NCBI GenBank assembly: GCA_028023455.1 | Contig: JAQFVV010000005.1 | Location: forward strand, 10,912,001-10,976,000 | Length of the DNA: 64,000 nt | DNA from: Epiperipatus broadwayi | Lineage: Eukaryota; Animalia; Onychophora | Reading direction: 5' to 3' | The notes under the pieces: model-generated | Database searches by the model: none | What the model was told of the DNA's origin: nothing | The model's input: only the letters and a program-made list of their open reading frames with translations | Shown: in pieces, positions 27,367-39,514 of the stretch | Layout: each line of letters starts with the position of its first letter | Position numbering within the stretch: position 1 is the first letter of the stretch | Made by a program: the position numbers and the translations under genes

Positions 27367-27440
27367 ATTTCTCTGGGCATAATTGTTGAGAGATTCTTGA
27401 CTCCGTTTAAGGAAAAGCTACAGTACATCACATCACATCA
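27367..27440 (+). mobile_element. Extremely 5'-truncated LINE 3' end
   Basis: tctctgggcataattgttgagagattcttgac...acatcacatcacatca matches the 3' ends at 50765-50834 and 19890-19950. Confidence 0.82.
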
Positions 27441-27462
27441 AGCTTTAAAAAGACCGTTAAAA

Positions 27463-27503
27463 ATGACGGAATTCGAGCGACTTGAAGCCGTGATCGATAT
27501 AAC
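27463..27503 (+). other. Candidate short first coding exon (MTEFERLEAVIDI..)
   Basis: ATG in a CpG-rich patch, AAC|GTATGT donor, CCAAT boxes at ~26981 and ~27246; no downstream exon found. Confidence 0.18.
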
Positions 27504-27876
27504 GTATGTTAATGTATTTTTGTTTTATAATTATCACTGAAAATTGTGTTTTTTTTTAAAATTAAATGTCAAATAATAGTGATTTTGAAAATTGTTCTTT
27601 TTTTTTATTATTAAATGATGACAATTTCAAACTTTGCATTGGGGGGAGGGGTCCTGACAGAGATATTTTAAATGCTTTTTTTAGCTAAGCATTTATCACA
27701 AAGCTTGTTGAGGAATTGGCAATCCTCATTATTTATAACTTACAAGCTTAAGAGAATAGGGTCATGTGATCTATGACTCTTATTTTGACTATTTGCATTT
27801 TGATGTTTTAATTAATAATGAAATTTGCGATTTTGTAACCACCATTTTTTGAATCCACATGTTGATAATCGGTGTC

Positions 27877-27957
27877 ATTTATCGCTTGGATGTGTCAGCA
27901 GTGGTTTTGGGTGGGTTTTAAAATTCAAATGGCATCGAGAACGTACTATATCAGCAC
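27877..27957 (-). repeat. Repeat terminus homologous to 19244-19325
   Basis: Shared gtgctgatatag...tttaaaacccacccaaaa...catccaagc. Confidence 0.78.
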
Positions 27958-28399
27958 TCAAAACAAAATAATGAATTCATTAACCAAACTAGCAATGCTA
28001 TGCTAAATGCAAAAAAAATTGTAATAATATTTTTAATTTAATATTAAAATGTATAAATATTTTTATTTTTGCATAGTACTATAATAATCATAAATTAATT
28101 ACAATCTAAATATTTTCCTATGTTTTTATTTTACAATACTGATTATCATTAATCTTGAGAATACAAAAATTTGCATATACATATAGATATGCATACACAC
28201 AATACACAAGAAAGACTTGGTCGTGTAATGAGTGCTTAGTGTATACATACATCATAACTCAGATAAAATCTGTGTGGAATGTTGAGAATATCCAAGTACT
28301 TTATATTTTTTCTGTTGGCTACCTTATAATCAAACAAAAAGGCAGTGGAATATTTTTTTTGCCAGTATGTGTACTTTCACTTTTTTTTTCAAAAATTTT

Positions 28400-28800
28400 A
28401 AAATTATAAAAAAGATGCAGCAGAAAGCCTTTTCACAGGTATGTATTTTAAGTAATATAGTGAATTCTGTTTGTAAACAATTTAAAGCACACAGGTTATA
28501 ATTGAATACAATGAAAAGATTTTTCTCCTTATTGCAATTTTATTGGAATTTTTAAGTGATTGTTTGTGGCTGGATGCTTTATAATCACACAAAGAACAGG
28601 GGAAAGTTGTTTTTTTTTCCTGTAGACATTTTTCCAAGCATTTACAATTTTTTTTTAACATTAGTCCTATAATTAAGTACAGAAGATACAATGGAAAGGC
28701 TTTTCCCTGAATGTAGTCTTTTATACATTTTCAATTTTTTTAAAATTAGTTTTAAATCACAAATATGCCAATGAAATTATTTTTTTCCTATAGACTTTTC
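28400..28800 (-). pseudogene. Second decayed C2H2 zinc-finger array (weaker remnants at ~29450-29800)
   Basis: FPCSLCDYKASSHK, LKIHTCEKAFCCIF, RLHSG-K-PFHCIFC across a frameshift. Confidence 0.72.
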
Positions 28801-28959
28801 TATGTATTATTAAACTTTTTGTCAGATGGGGGGGGGGGCTACTTCCACAGGGTCTACTTGAGACACATGACCAAAAAAAAAAGCTTCATTTCGGATTACA
28901 GTATATTTCAGTATTAAAAAAATCAAAAATCATAGGATTACATTTACATTACTAACAAT

Positions 28960-29137
28960 ATACCCATTCTGTAATAATGGGTCATTCATTTCATTCTTTC
29001 TAAAATACCATATCTTGTGTCTGGAAAAATTGAGTATTCATTTATAATTTATCTTTAAAGTGCATGTGATTGGTTTAATTGCTAATATTACTATTACATA
29101 AAAAATATAGTGCTATATAAAATAATATCTCATTATA
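28960..29137 (+). repeat. Copy of the S'-A' part of the 17.2-17.8 kb repeat
   Basis: cattctttctaaaatac...tgtctggaaaaattgag...ataatatctcattata; preceded by a short hairpin acccatt/aatgggt. Confidence 0.88.
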
Positions 29138-30440
29138 AAAGATAATTATATAAATATATTATCTATTAAAACAAAATTAAAATCATAACAACCAAAATAA
29201 TGGGGAGCCACTTCCAGTTTGGGACAATTAGCCAATCAAAAAAATTAATTATAAAATGCTAAATGAATAAATATTAATTTTTAAAATGAGTGGCTAAGAA
29301 AACTGAGACAATTAACTGTCCTGAAAGAATATGTCAGGACACCAGGACAAATGAGATAAAATCAGAATGCATGGAAACCTTAGATAAGTATGAGTAATGG
29401 TAATCAAAATATTTTATATTAATTTTATTTTTATGACTTGTCAATATATAAACTGATTGGAAATTTAATGCTGCATGTTTTGTGCCTTTTAAAGTAGTTT
29501 TTACAAAAGTCTTAAAATTATATAAGTTGCAATGAAATTTTGTTTCTCCTACATGTATTCTTTTATGAATTAATTTATATCTGTTATCAATCTAGTAATC
29601 ACAAGTATATAAGTTTTTTCTGCTATATAACTGATCAGTTTCAACTTGTTTATATGGATTTGAAATTATATTTTTAAACAATTTTTTTTTCTGTATATTT
29701 TTAGACACTTTTAAAAGTACATTCATTGATTTACAAAATGTGAAATATTTTGAATTTATACATCCATAAAAATAATTTGGAAGTAAAAGCAATAAGGATT
29801 TTGACATGACAATAAACTGAATAAACAATCAGACATAAAATACTCTCCAAGATGATAAGTTTAATAAAAGTCAAAAATGTATGCAGAATGTGAAATTTCA
29901 TCAAAGAAATTAAACTGAGTTATATCAAGTTAAATTTTCTGACATTTTTAAGTTTGGGTAAATAATGGACACTAGGTGCCAGTGCTGTATTCAAAGATCA
30001 GATTAGATTTGGAGGAACATCTCACAAAATTTACTTTGGAATAGAGTGTAATTCCTCATACAGATTTTGAAAATATACCAAGTAAAATGCTGTTTTGTTT
30101 GATATATATCCCCCTCCCACCACCACCAAAAAAATGATACTGAATAAAACAAAGGACAAGATTTTTCATATCCTCAATTGAAATTTGGCATGCTTGATCT
30201 AACTTAATACCATGTTATCATGAGTTAACATTAATGGATCAATATCAACCTCACATTATTATTCTAAGTATTGTGTAAAATATTGTTTAAAATACTAAAT
30301 TACAATAGTTAAATATGAAAAAAGAATCTTATAAATATGTTTTTATTAGTCCAGGAATACATTTCTGATATTGTACACAAAGTAAACAATTCTTTCATGA
30401 AAATTGGGCAAATCCATCAAAATACAATGTCATTATAAGT

Positions 30441-31093
30441 CAGGGATGGTCAAACTTCATGTCTGGAAGAGCCTCATATTAAATTTGAGATATATTTAAA
30501 AACTGCAATTAAATTTTTGAAGTATTCAGTTGAAGCAAATATATGACTTATAATTATTTCATTAATATGATTAATTATACAAAAAATCAAGAGAACAAAA
30601 TTAATTAATGAGATAAAAACAAATTAAAAATTATTTATTTTTCACATGTGAGTATATCTGATTTGCAAGAACATTAAAATTTGGCTTATAATTTATTAAC
30701 AAAACATGCAGCATTCGTTTGTCAGTTGTAATTGGTGCTTTGATTAAAGTAGCAGAAGTTGATGTTTAAAAGTCAAAATAGAACACACCCAATGATATTT
30801 GAATTAAAACTCTACAAACTAAAAACACCGCTTAATGAAGTCCAAAGGAAAACTGAACAATTAAGTTTAAATGTCGTATTTCCAGGAAACAGTAAAAATA
30901 AAACCATCAAAGTTGATACCATAAGGTCATCAACAATCATTATAAAATTGTCAGCACAAATAAACAATATATGGATAGTTTCAAAATAAAATGCCAATAT
31001 AAATTATATCATGACTTTTTCAAGTTTCACAACCTGCACTGAATTCTCTAGAGAACTGTGTGTGGTTCGTGAGCCATAGTTTGACCAGGCATG
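30441..31093. mobile_element. Probable non-autonomous hAT element
   Basis: Ends cagggatggtcaaact and agtttgaccaggcatg form an imperfect hAT-type TIR; candidate TSD matches at only 5/8. Confidence 0.45.
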
Positions 31094-31661
31094 ATAAAAT
31101 TGCTTAATGATCTATAAATTAAAAAACATTGTAACCATCCTAGAAAGTTGGCAAATAATGATTTAATTTCCAAATCTAGTAATGTTTTGACTGTAGCACC
31201 TTTAATTATTCATCAGAGGTTTTGAGACCAAGTTTTGCACTGGTTTCTGAAATAATTTCCAAGATGTTTACAACAAAATCTTAATTATTTTATAACTTAT
31301 ATCACTAGTCTGAAAAATTATACTTTTTATGTTGTCTGCAAATCTTACTGATGACTTGCTAGTTCATGTGACTGATAAGATCAGATAAATAGAAAGCCTA
31401 TATTTATGTAAATGGCTTACTATACATATCTGTATACAAAAGAAAGTTGTATGCTTAGTGCTACCCTGAAGTTAGAAATATCATCTACCACAAACTTAAT
31501 TTCAAAATTTTAAATCACAAAAATTGTTTATTATTAATAGAAATAGACTTATCTGAAAACGTTTTTTTACTTTCTTGTTTAATTCACATATGACATTTGA
31601 TACTAAAATCTTCCTTTTTTAAAAACATTTTTTTTTTATAATTGTATTTAAATATATATAT

Positions 31662-31998
31662 TGTAACAGAACAGATTCCCTCCAGGAAATTGAGGTGGTC
31701 ACATCTAACTATAATCAGATTTAGGGACTTCATATAGGATGCTATGGATGATTCGATCTAATCTCAATCGAAAATTGAATCCGTCTTAAACAAGATAATT
31801 TAGTATTAACTTATCTAACACAGACACAACTTAGATTAATTCATTCAATCTTCACCTTTGTTGATTATCCTGTTATGCTCAGAATTCAAACTCAGGGTAG
31901 ACTTTCCAATTAACTCTCTTCAGAGGTGTACCATCAATGTACGACAATTATAATATTAAGTAATATGATCTATGGAATTTTGAAAATAACTTCAATCA
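31662..31998 (+). mobile_element. Solo-LTR-like element related to 20381-20810 + 23023-23071
   Basis: TGTAAC start; shared catctaacta, taggatgcta, attcaaactcagg, aactctctt and attttgaa..cttca in the same order. Confidence 0.5.
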
Positions 31999-33897
31999 GA
32001 TATCAGGATTTTAAGTTAATGTAGTATATATGTATCGCTATGCATATTCAATATTATTTTAATTCAAAAAATAAATAAATAGTTCAAATAAATCAGAGAA
32101 TACCTTGAGATTAGAATAAAATTTAACATGTTTATTAACAAGTAACAATTTAACTGAATTTCAGATAACAAAAAAAAATATTATTATACATATTTGCATA
32201 TATTTCTATTAATCATGAGATCAAATTAAGTAATACCTTCCCATATCCCCTTAGTAGATATATTTATCATAACATGAATACATTTTAATAATTTATAAAA
32301 TAATAAATACTATTTTATAATTTTAAAAATATTAATTATACTAATTAAGTTTCATTTTAACAATATATGTATATATCATGATGATTTAGATTATGCTATC
32401 CTTGTAAGGAATTCCAATTTATAAATACCCTTTTTATATATAGTCATGATTATGAAATAAAGACCTTTCATTCAAGGATGTTAATCGTACACATAAGAAT
32501 AATAAACAAATATCAAGTTATTGAGTTAATAATAAACAAACTATTCTGTCATGAATAAGTTCAATATAAAACATAATAAAATCTTACCTTCATATTGAAT
32601 TTGTTTTAAATTTACCTCACTCAATGTCACTTTTAAGAAAAAAAATGGGAAGATCTAAATTTTATTAAATAAAATTAAATGTTTAAATCAATGATCTTTC
32701 CAGTCTTCTTCATCTAATAATTTTCTTGAATGGAGTATTCCAATGTAAACAGGGCTTGGAAGCAAAGGAAATAAATTTTAGATATCAAAATCTTATAGCA
32801 CAAGATGTATTAAGTTTGATAGTATTGTCCTGTTCCTTTTTATGATGAGACTCAGAATGTTCCTTAATGATGAAATTCTATGTTCTTCAGTCATCAACCA
32901 TTGAAGAGGCAATCAGAATATTCTGTTGTTTAGGATCCCTTTTATTGTATGGAGTTGATAGCTTCTTCTCCAGGTTATTTTGCTACCAATTGAAATTTTA
33001 TTCAAAATTATGTAGATGCAATATACATATACTTTAGGCATTTAGTAGGAATATGAAATTACATTGATTTCAGTTAAAACAATAGCATTTCATCCTATGA
33101 CAAGTGGTATTTACCCATGATGCATTCTTCTTTATTTTTTTATCTTAAAGTATTTAATTTAATATATGAATGTTTTTGACCAAATTTGTCTTCTTAGAAT
33201 ACCCATTTAGAATGATCTTATGTTTCTTTAATTAATAAATGAAAAATAGATATAATTTCATTCTGAAATTATGATTAATACTCTTTTTAAGAGTATGATT
33301 TTACTCTTTTTATTGAGTGACATTAAAGTTAATCTTTATAATGACAATTTTATATCAATAAGAAAGTTCATTCAAACTATTGATCCATCTTTTAGTATGT
33401 TCTGACTTCAAACAGCAAAATGATTAAGATAGTATCTAGTACATTGACAAAAGATAGGATTAATTTTTAAATTATTTGATCCAGTTTTTATAGTGGAATT
33501 GACTTCCGGTAGCATGTATTGAATATACTATATGCTTATCATGATTTCATATTCTATTATTAATTATTATAATTAATAATTGGATTCTAAAAATTCATTT
33601 CCTTTGTGTTTTGTTGCTAGGATGCAATATTGACCTAAGGTTGTTTCCATGTTTACATCCTGGTTCGTAAAAATAATTAGATTAAACAATTATTTTAGAT
33701 AAATGAATAATAAAAAATAATCATCTTAATGTTTTAGTTTTATTAAAACAAGTATTTATTTAATATATATACAGTATAAAAAATATGATGTATCTATTAA
33801 TCATGTATACGTATGTGAAAAATTTATGTACTATCACAATCTGTATGTGAGAAGTTTACATATTCTCACAATATATATGTATATACTGCTAATATAA

Positions 33898-35277
33898 GTT
33901 ATATATCAAATGTCTAAATGATAAAGATGTTCCGGATGATTGGAAGAATGCAGTAATAATATTAATATTTAAAAAAGGTGATAAAGAAGATATTAGAAAT
34001 TACAGACCTATCAGCCTTTTATCAGTTTTATATAAAAATTTTACCAAGATAATTACAACTCATCTACAGAGAACCTTGGATTTTCACCAACCAAGAGAAC
34101 AAGCTGGATTTAAAAGTGGTTTTAGTACAGTAGATCATATTCAAGTATTGAGAGAAGTTATAGAAAGGACAAATGAATATGAGTTGTCATTATGTTTTGG
34201 ATTTGTAGATTATGAAAAGGCATTTGATTCTATAAACATTTCTTCAGTGATTAAAGCATTGGATCATCAAGGTATAGATCCAGGATATTGTCATATTTTT
34301 AATGAATATTTATAAAAATGCAACAGCAACAATTAGATTACATAATGATACTGGGAAAGTCAACATTGAGAAAGGTGTAAGACAAGGTGACTCCATATCT
34401 CCAAAACTTTTTACAGCAGTGCTGCAAGAAGTATTTTGTGGATTAAAATGGGAAACTAAAGGAGTGAAAGTAAATGGAGATTATTTAAGTCATTTAGATT
34501 TCGCAGATGATGTAGTTGTTTTTGCAAATAATGCTTCCGAGCTGCAGGAAATGTTGCAGGAGTTATCAGATGAAAGTAGGACTAAAGATAAATGTTAAAA
34601 AGACTAAAGTAATGTTTAATCGATTTGCTCAAAATATGAAAATAAAGATTGATTATGATGAATTAGAAGAAGTTAAGAGTTACAAATACCTTGGTCAGAT
34701 TATTAATACAGATGGAAACATAATAGAGGAAATTAATCATAGAATTAAACTTGGTTGGAGTGCTTTTGGTAGAAATAACTTGATATTAAAAGGAAATATG
34801 CCTATGTGTTTGAAAAGAAAGGTTTTTAACAAATGTGTTTTACCAGTTCTTACTTATGGATCTGAGACTTGGACACTTACTAGAAGATCAATACAGAGAC
34901 TTCAGACCACTCAAAGAAGTATGGAGAGATGTATGTTGGGAGTAACAAGAAGAGATCGAAAACGCAATGTTTGGGTTAAGAGAACAAACAGATGTTACTG
35001 ACCTCATTGAAAAAATTAAAAGATTGAAGTGGAGTTGGGCTGGACATATTGCTAGAAGAGATGATAATAGATGGACAATTGAAATTTTAAACTGGATTCC
35101 AAGAGATTGTAAAAGACCCAGAAGGAGACCACATGTAAGATGGATGGATGAAATAAGAAAATGTGTAGGGGTGATGTGGAGAAGAGAAGCTAAAGATCGG
35201 AGAAGATGGATTAAACTTGGAGAGACCTTCATCCTGCTGTGGATTGATAATGGTTGATAATGATGATGATGATGATG
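33898..35277 (+). mobile_element. 5'-truncated RTE LINE, reverse transcriptase with frameshifts
   Basis: NYRPISLL, QPREQAGF, FVDYEKAFDS, GVRQGDSISPKLF, FADD, YKYLG, WAGHIARR, RPRRRP; (GAT)n tail; perfect 13-bp TSD actgctaatataa (33885-33897, 35278-35290). Confidence 0.97.
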
Positions 35278-36386
35278 ACTGCTAATATAAATTCAATTTT
35301 ACATCGCTGTATAATGAATGCAATGTAATAAGGCTATTTATCCATAAAAAATATTAACTCATTATTAACAGTAATTTCAAATCAAGTATGACCATTTTAA
35401 CTTCAAAAGAAAAAAACAAATATAGAAAGGCACACATTATTTGAGTGCCCCTTAAATCAATAGCTTATATATTTCTGACATCACTATTGCCTTCTGAGAG
35501 TAAATCTTCCATATTTCCTGTCAGTATTTAGAACCATCAATTAGGAAAAAAACTTACATATTGCAAGAAAGCAGTAATAAAAAGTCACGTTGATGAAAAG
35601 AATAATTTAAAGTATAAAGCATAGGAAGTTAACAGGTCATAATTAGTTTAGGTATTTTGAATTCACCATGGTTAAAGTAAGAAAACAAAAATTTCAAGAA
35701 ATTTTGAAGATATTTCAAAAGTTTTTGAATGGGACCTTACAATAAACTCTAATCAATTTTCAAAATAATAGTAATTGATTACATTCATCTACATTATCAC
35801 TATAGCATTTGTTTTTCATATCAAAAAATCTAAGGAATTAAATTGCTTGCCAAGAGGTAATAATGACATTGCCAATTCTCTAATATGAAGAGACACAATC
35901 AAAATAATAAATACTATTTGTGGATAACACTTTATTTCCATGAAATAAACTAATTTTTTTCTATACCAAATGGTGGAAATTTTAAAACTATAATCATAAT
36001 GGATATATGCAATTTTTGATCAATAAGCATTCTCATCACCATTATCTATAACAACACTAAATGTTTTGTCATGTGATATTTTAGCTGCATGAGCAAATGG
36101 TATTAATCAGCTAATATTTGCACTTCTTTATTTATTATTTTCTGGTTCCTAAATGACTTAACTTATTTGCAGCTTCTATTTCTGTAATTTTAGTTATTCA
36201 TGATTCAATAAAATATTATTAAAAAAATAATAAAAAGAAAATATTTTCTATATCAAAGTGCATATATATATAGCAGAGACGAAGTGTCCATGTATTGAAT
36301 GGAATGGGTGCTTCCATAGAAAAATTCACTAAAACTTTCAAAAGCTTTAAAATTCGATTAAAAAAATTCACTTTCAATTTTTTTTT

Positions 36387-36826
36387 ACCAACAGTCAAAT
36401 TGTTTTTATATATGTAAGGATTGGAAATGAGCTCAGCTAACTCATTCTCGCATTCTCATTGATTATAAGAAGTTCAAACAATGCTAAGATCTAATTTACA
36501 GTTAAAACTTTTAAGAATGTTAAAAGAATTTGGAAGATAAAAATATATCGATAATATATTATCTATATTTAAACTAATCACAATCTGATTAAAATCAGCA
36601 ATTCAAATTCATTATTTTTTGAATGGAATTATTATTGACTTTTAATATTTTAAACCAACAGTTGAATTGTTTTTATATACATGGGATTGGAAATGAACTT
36701 GACTAACTCATTCTCACATTCTTGTTGATTATAAGAAATTCAAACAATGCTAAGATCTAATTTACAGTTAATACTTTTAAGAATGTTAAAAGGATTTGGA
36801 AGACAAAAATATATTGATAATATATT
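36387..36826 (+). repeat. Direct duplication of ~175 bp, 267-bp offset
   Basis: accaacag...gataatatatt at 36387-36560 and 36654-36826. Confidence 0.9.
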
Positions 36827-39410
36827 CTCTGATTTACAGATAAGAGAGTTTCAGATTTTCTAGATGTGTGTAATATATATATATATATTAGGTGCTATTA
36901 TGTAAAAATTGTTGTGGCAATTGAAATAAAAACATAAAAAAAGAAATGTGCTTCCGTTCCTTAAAAAGTCACACTTCATCACTGATATATAGTATGCACA
37001 CACACACACCTTAATACATTAAAATCACAATTACATTTCCTATTATCTGTATTGTTGCTTGCAACCAAATGTTGCAGATACAGGAGGCACTATTATATAA
37101 TTATGAATCATGATTTTTAAACAATAAGATTAAAAATCTGAATTTATTTTTAATACTAAGAATAAATATATTATACCTGTGATGCATACAAAATCATTGA
37201 AGAAACAGTAAAGAACTTTAACAATATAATTTACAAAGAATATTTAAAATTACTGATCAATTTAAAAACAAGTAAACTTTCAGATATATTAATGTACAAA
37301 ATTACAAAACTACTATGAATATATTCCCATGATATTCTCATTTACAAATCAATGATTTCTAAAGATATAACAGACAGAAAATATAATAGAATGCTGTAAA
37401 AAATTTAATGCCAGATATTCATCAAAGATTTACAAGATCTTAACATTAAACAGAAAGATAAGATTTGGACATTGAAAAGAAAGATTTGTTTTTGTTCATT
37501 TATAAATGATCAGAAGTAATAAGTTGTTCATAAAATAATAATTATAATAAATTGATTATCTTATTTGTGCCATAAATGATCAGTAAATGAACTAAAACAG
37601 ACTACCATTTTCTTTGGTATATTTAATGTATGTATTGTCTATCGAAAATAACAAATCAATATTTTTTGTGTTTAAAATGTGCAATGTCTTGGTATTATAT
37701 TAATTAAAACAAGTAGAACATTTTATAATAAACCATTTCAAATTATTAAGCAGATTAATTAATGTCTTATTTATTTTGTAAATATAATTATTTATTTATT
37801 AAATTCAAGTTAATAGTCTTATTTTGTTTCATAGATATATGATATATTAATAATAATTGAGTTTCTATTCAATCATATTTAAAAATTTAATTAGCAAAAT
37901 AATATAATTTTATTACTTTATTAGAATTCAACAATTATCAAAAGTGAATGTTTTCATAGACATACATCAATTGGTGTTATTCAAATATAAAAGCTAACTG
38001 ATAAATTATATATCAAGCTTAAATAATTTTATTCATCCTTTAACATTACTATAAATTTTAATACATAATAATAAAAGGGTTAATTCATGAATTAATTCTG
38101 ACATAAATTATTAACTAACATACCTGATATAAATTTTCAAAGTATTTTTATTTTGTGTATTACAATTTAGGCATCCATTGGGTTATTATTTGTTTAATAA
38201 ATAAATATTATTAATATATTTTAAACTTTATTCTAGTATACATTTTGGATTACTTTATTAATAGGGTTTAAATAAAATTATTGCTTAATTTTATTCCATC
38301 ACAGACTTTGACTTACCCAATTCATGTGGCATGTAAAAGTAAATTTCCCACTTATGCAATTTATACTGTTAATAAATTTAATATATAATTTAATTTCAAA
38401 TTTGTATCCGCTTTAAGATCCCTCCAGTAGTTTTACTGTGAAACATAAAATTAAAATGCTGTTGAACTTATTGAATTTTTGGGTGTGGAGGAACACTTTC
38501 CATACACTGTATATATTTACACCTTTACCCCACTTAGTGATGGCAATTGGTCCTCCAAAACTTATCGTTAAGCAAGAATATCATATACAGAATACGTATT
38601 TATAATGGGGGTTTATGGGAAAAAAATTGGTCAGTTCCAGTCGACTACGTAAAATATCCACATTGGTTTTCAAGCTCCAAGATTTTTTCATGGCAATGAT
38701 GACTAAATACGGTATCTAAAAGAAAAGTTTTATATCTTAAGAAAAAAAAAGCATATTTTCACTGTTTAAAAAGTACAGTACAGCAAAAAAAAAAAAAAGA
38801 GAAAGTGAAACTAAATTTGAATTTAAGAGTTTTTATATTATTCTGCAGAAGTTTTTCATCGTAATAAAAAAAAATCCATACTAAAGTGCATTTTTGTAAC
38901 ATTTGTATTACAGTACTGTACATTTATGTTTATTACTTATGTGAAATTATTCAAATTAAAAAACAGGGTTTAATTATAAATTATTTAATTGAACATAAAT
39001 ACTTATTACTGTACTCCAGAGTAAGAAAAGGCTTAATGTCTATTGTAAATCAGTCAACTTTAGAAAAAAAATCAACTTATTTTAAAAGAAAAAAAATCTG
39101 TTCTAATTTTCTAAAACATAAGCTAAGTCTATTTTTCTTACTGTATATTTTTACTAATGTAATAGTGCCTCCCCCCCCCCCATTCATGTAGAAAAATTAT
39201 TCATTAACACTTATTTTAAATGCAATCTGTTTTTCTTTTTAAATTTTTTTCTAATTCAAATTCTCACTTTAAAATGTTGTTTTTCTTTTGATTTGAAACC
39301 ATTTGGTGTATGTAATTAAGGAACACACACACGCAATTTAATATTGGTATTTAGTGTTTTCCTGAAAGTTTGTGATAATGGTATTTTAGTTGTACTGTTT
39401 TCATCATCTA

Positions 39411-39514
39411 ATATGTGTTGAATGTCTACAAAAATTAAACTTTATTTAAATAATCCAAGTCTGTACATTATATTTAAATAAAGTTTAATTTTTCTAAAGA
39501 CATTCAACACTTAT
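39411..39514. repeat. Isolated AT-rich hairpin
   Basis: ~38-bp arms gtgttgaatgtct..aaaaattaaactttatttaaata and its inverse, 18-nt loop. Confidence 0.85.

Noticed and set aside
29190-29390. hAT-like subterminal repeats (ggaca) with an atggaaacctta end
   Set aside because: Only one end visible and no TSD; not enough to call.
31170-31220. CUGAUGA on the minus strand
   Set aside because: No stem II and no GAAA at a proper distance.
34888-35232. 114-aa minus-strand ORF; likewise 51049-51279, 24695-24925, 25082-25411
   Set aside because: Antisense shadows of TE coding sequence.
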